Made by a program: the position numbers and the translations under genes. Shown in pieces: positions 62,390-64,000 of a DNA stretch of 64,000 nt. Numbering within the stretch: position 1 is the stretch's first letter; each line of letters starts with the position of its first letter. The stretch spans positions 96,001 to 160,000 of the forward strand of contig JBBRLQ010000005.1 of NCBI GenBank assembly GCA_038231275.1. The letters are read 5' to 3'. The stretch comes from Polyangiales bacterium. Lineage in GTDB: Bacteria; Myxococcota_A; Polyangia; Polyangiales; Polyangiaceae. The notes beneath the pieces were generated by a model, which was not told the origin of the DNA, did not search any database, and saw only the letters and a list, made by a program, of their open reading frames with translations.

Positions 62390-64000
62390 TCAATCCCGCG
62401 CGATGAGCGTGCCGACGCCGCGGTCGGTGAAGAGCTCGGCGATGATCGAGTGCGGAGTGCGGCCGTCCAAGATGTGGACGCTGTCGACGCCGCCGTCGAG
62501 GGCAGCGAGCGCGGCGGTGGCCTTGGCGACCATGCCGCCCTTGATGGCGCCGCTCGCGATCTTCGCGCGGAGCTGGCTCGCGCGGATCTCGCTGATCAGC
62601 TCGCCGTTCTCGAGGATGCCGGCGACGTCGGTGAGGTAGATGAGCTTGCCGGCCTTGAGCGCGACGGCGATCGCAGCGGCGGCGGTGTCGGCGTTGATGT
62701 TGTAGGCCTGCCCGTCCTCGCCCATGCCGATGGGGGAGATGACCGGGACGTACGCCTTGCCGAGGAGCGTCTCGAGGAGCTCGGCGTCGACCGACTCGAC
62801 CTCGCCGACCATGCCGAGATCGCGGCCCTCGCGCGAGAGGAGCTTCTTCGCGCGGAGGAGACCGGCGTCTTTTCCGGAGAGCCCGACCGCCTTCGCGGTG
62901 CGCTGGTTCAAGAGCTGGACGAGCTCGGTGTTCACCTTGCCGGTGAGCACCATCTCGACGACCTTCACGTCTTCTGGACCGGTGATTCGCTGGCCGTCGA
63001 CGAACTCGCTGCGGCCGCTGCCGAGCTTCTCGAGCGTGTGTGTGATCTCAGGGCCGCCGCCGTGGACGACGATGGGGAGGAGGCCGGCCGAGCGGAGCAG
63101 GTTGATGTCGTTGGCGAAGGCGACCTTGAGCGAGTCCTTCACCATCGCCGCGCCGCCGTATTTGACGACCGCGCGCGTGCCTGCGAACTTCGAGATGTAG
63201 CTCAGCGCCTCGACGAGGAGCGCGCGCTTGAAGCCGGGGCTGTAGTTGGTGAGCCGGTCGTCCTTGGTGACGGTGCCGTCGGGCGCGGCGCTGGTGAGAC
63301 TCGTGTAGTCTGCATTGATCTTGACGTAGTCGTACGAGAGATCGCAGCCCCACGCGCGCGCGAGCGTCTTCGGATCCCCGGGGAACGCGACGTCGATGAG
63401 GATCGTCGGCTCGCGCATCTTCGCGCGGAGGGCCGCCGAGTCCATTCCGGTGGGCGCGCCGTTCGCGAAGACCTCGGAGCCTTGGATGGAGACGGTGGCG
63501 CGCATCGGCTCGGCGCCGAACTTCTGTGAGCCGTCCCGCGCGCCGACGGTGGCGAGGACGCGGCCCCAGTTGGGGTCGGCGCCGAACATCGCCGCCTTGA
63601 CGAGGCTCGAGCCGGCGATGGCGCGCGCAAAATCGCGGCCGATCTCCTCGCTCGTCGCGCCGCGTACGGTCACCTCGAGGAGCTTCGTCGCGCCTTCGCC
63701 GTCCTCGGCGATCGCACGCGCGAGATCGGTGCAAACGTCATGGATCGCGGCTTCGAAGAGCGCGAAGTCGGGGGTGCCTTCGAGGAGCTCGGGGTTCTGC
63801 GCGAGGCCGTTGGCGAGGGCGAAGACCGCGTCGTTGGTGCTCATGTCGTTGTCGACGGTGAGCATGTTGAACGAGCCGCCCATCGCGCGCACGAGCGCGG
63901 CCTGCAGCGCCGCGGGGCCGATGGCGGCGTCGGTCGTGATGAAACCGAGCATCGTCGCGAGCTCGGGGGCGATCATGCCGGAGCCCTTCGCGAACGCGGC
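62390..64000 (-). CDS. argJ: ArgJ-ArgB fusion (ornithine acetyltransferase + acetylglutamate kinase), 5' end outside window
   Basis: KGSGMIAPELATML, DGEGATK and WGCDLSYDYVKINA run in frame into VVKYGG, VHGGGPEI, NINAD and GGMVAK. Confidence 0.92.
   Translation of the reverse strand, partial: AAFAKGSGMIAPELATMLGFITTDAAIGPAALQAALVRAMGGSFNMLTVDNDMSTNDAVFALANGLAQNPELLEGTPDFALFEAAIHDVCTDLARAIAEDGEGATKLLEVTVRGATSEEIGRDFARAIAGSSLVKAAMFGADPNWGRVLATVGARDGSQKFGAEPMRATVSIQGSEVFANGAPTGMDSAALRAKMREPTILIDVAFPGDPKTLARAWGCDLSYDYVKINADYTSLTSAAPDGTVTKDDRLTNYSPGFKRALLVEALSYISKFAGTRAVVKYGGAAMVKDSLKVAFANDINLLRSAGLLPIVVHGGGPEITHTLEKLGSGRSEFVDGQRITGPEDVKVVEMVLTGKVNTELVQLLNQRTAKAVGLSGKDAGLLRAKKLLSREGRDLGMVGEVESVDAELLETLLGKAYVPVISPIGMGEDGQAYNINADTAAAAIAVALKAGKLIYLTDVAGILENGELISEIRASQLRAKIASGAIKGGMVAKATAALAALDGGVDSVHILDGRTPHSIIAELFTDRGVGTLIARD

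Overview
GC-rich chromosomal window, most likely from a myxobacterium (Polyangiaceae/Labilithrix-like). That assignment is inferred from gene content: eukaryotic-type Ser/Thr kinases, a sigma54 activator, two Uma2 paralogues and Cys-rich lipoproteins. Housekeeping genes (xseA, aroE, ettA, fur, rpmI-rplT, pheS, pheT, tatA, argF/argH/argG and an argJ-argB fusion) are interleaved with accessory genes. I saw no rRNA, tRNA, CRISPR array, transposase or integrase. The most notable item is a sigma54-type promoter in front of two small overlapping ORFs inside the arg cluster (61804-62337). The first looks like a double-glycine-leader precursor whose core starts with an SxNIEDRR motif and ends in a Gly/Asp tail; the second repeats the leader-like motif. 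Other notable items: a perfect 32-bp inverted-repeat element (40087-40223); an AT-rich operator-like palindrome and a structured leader upstream of an infC-less rpmI-rplT; an RND protein reduced to its periplasmic part; a DPBB-fold/activator/Cys-rich lipoprotein locus; and a recurrent leaderless-promoter signature. All product calls come from motifs recognised by eye, with no database searches.
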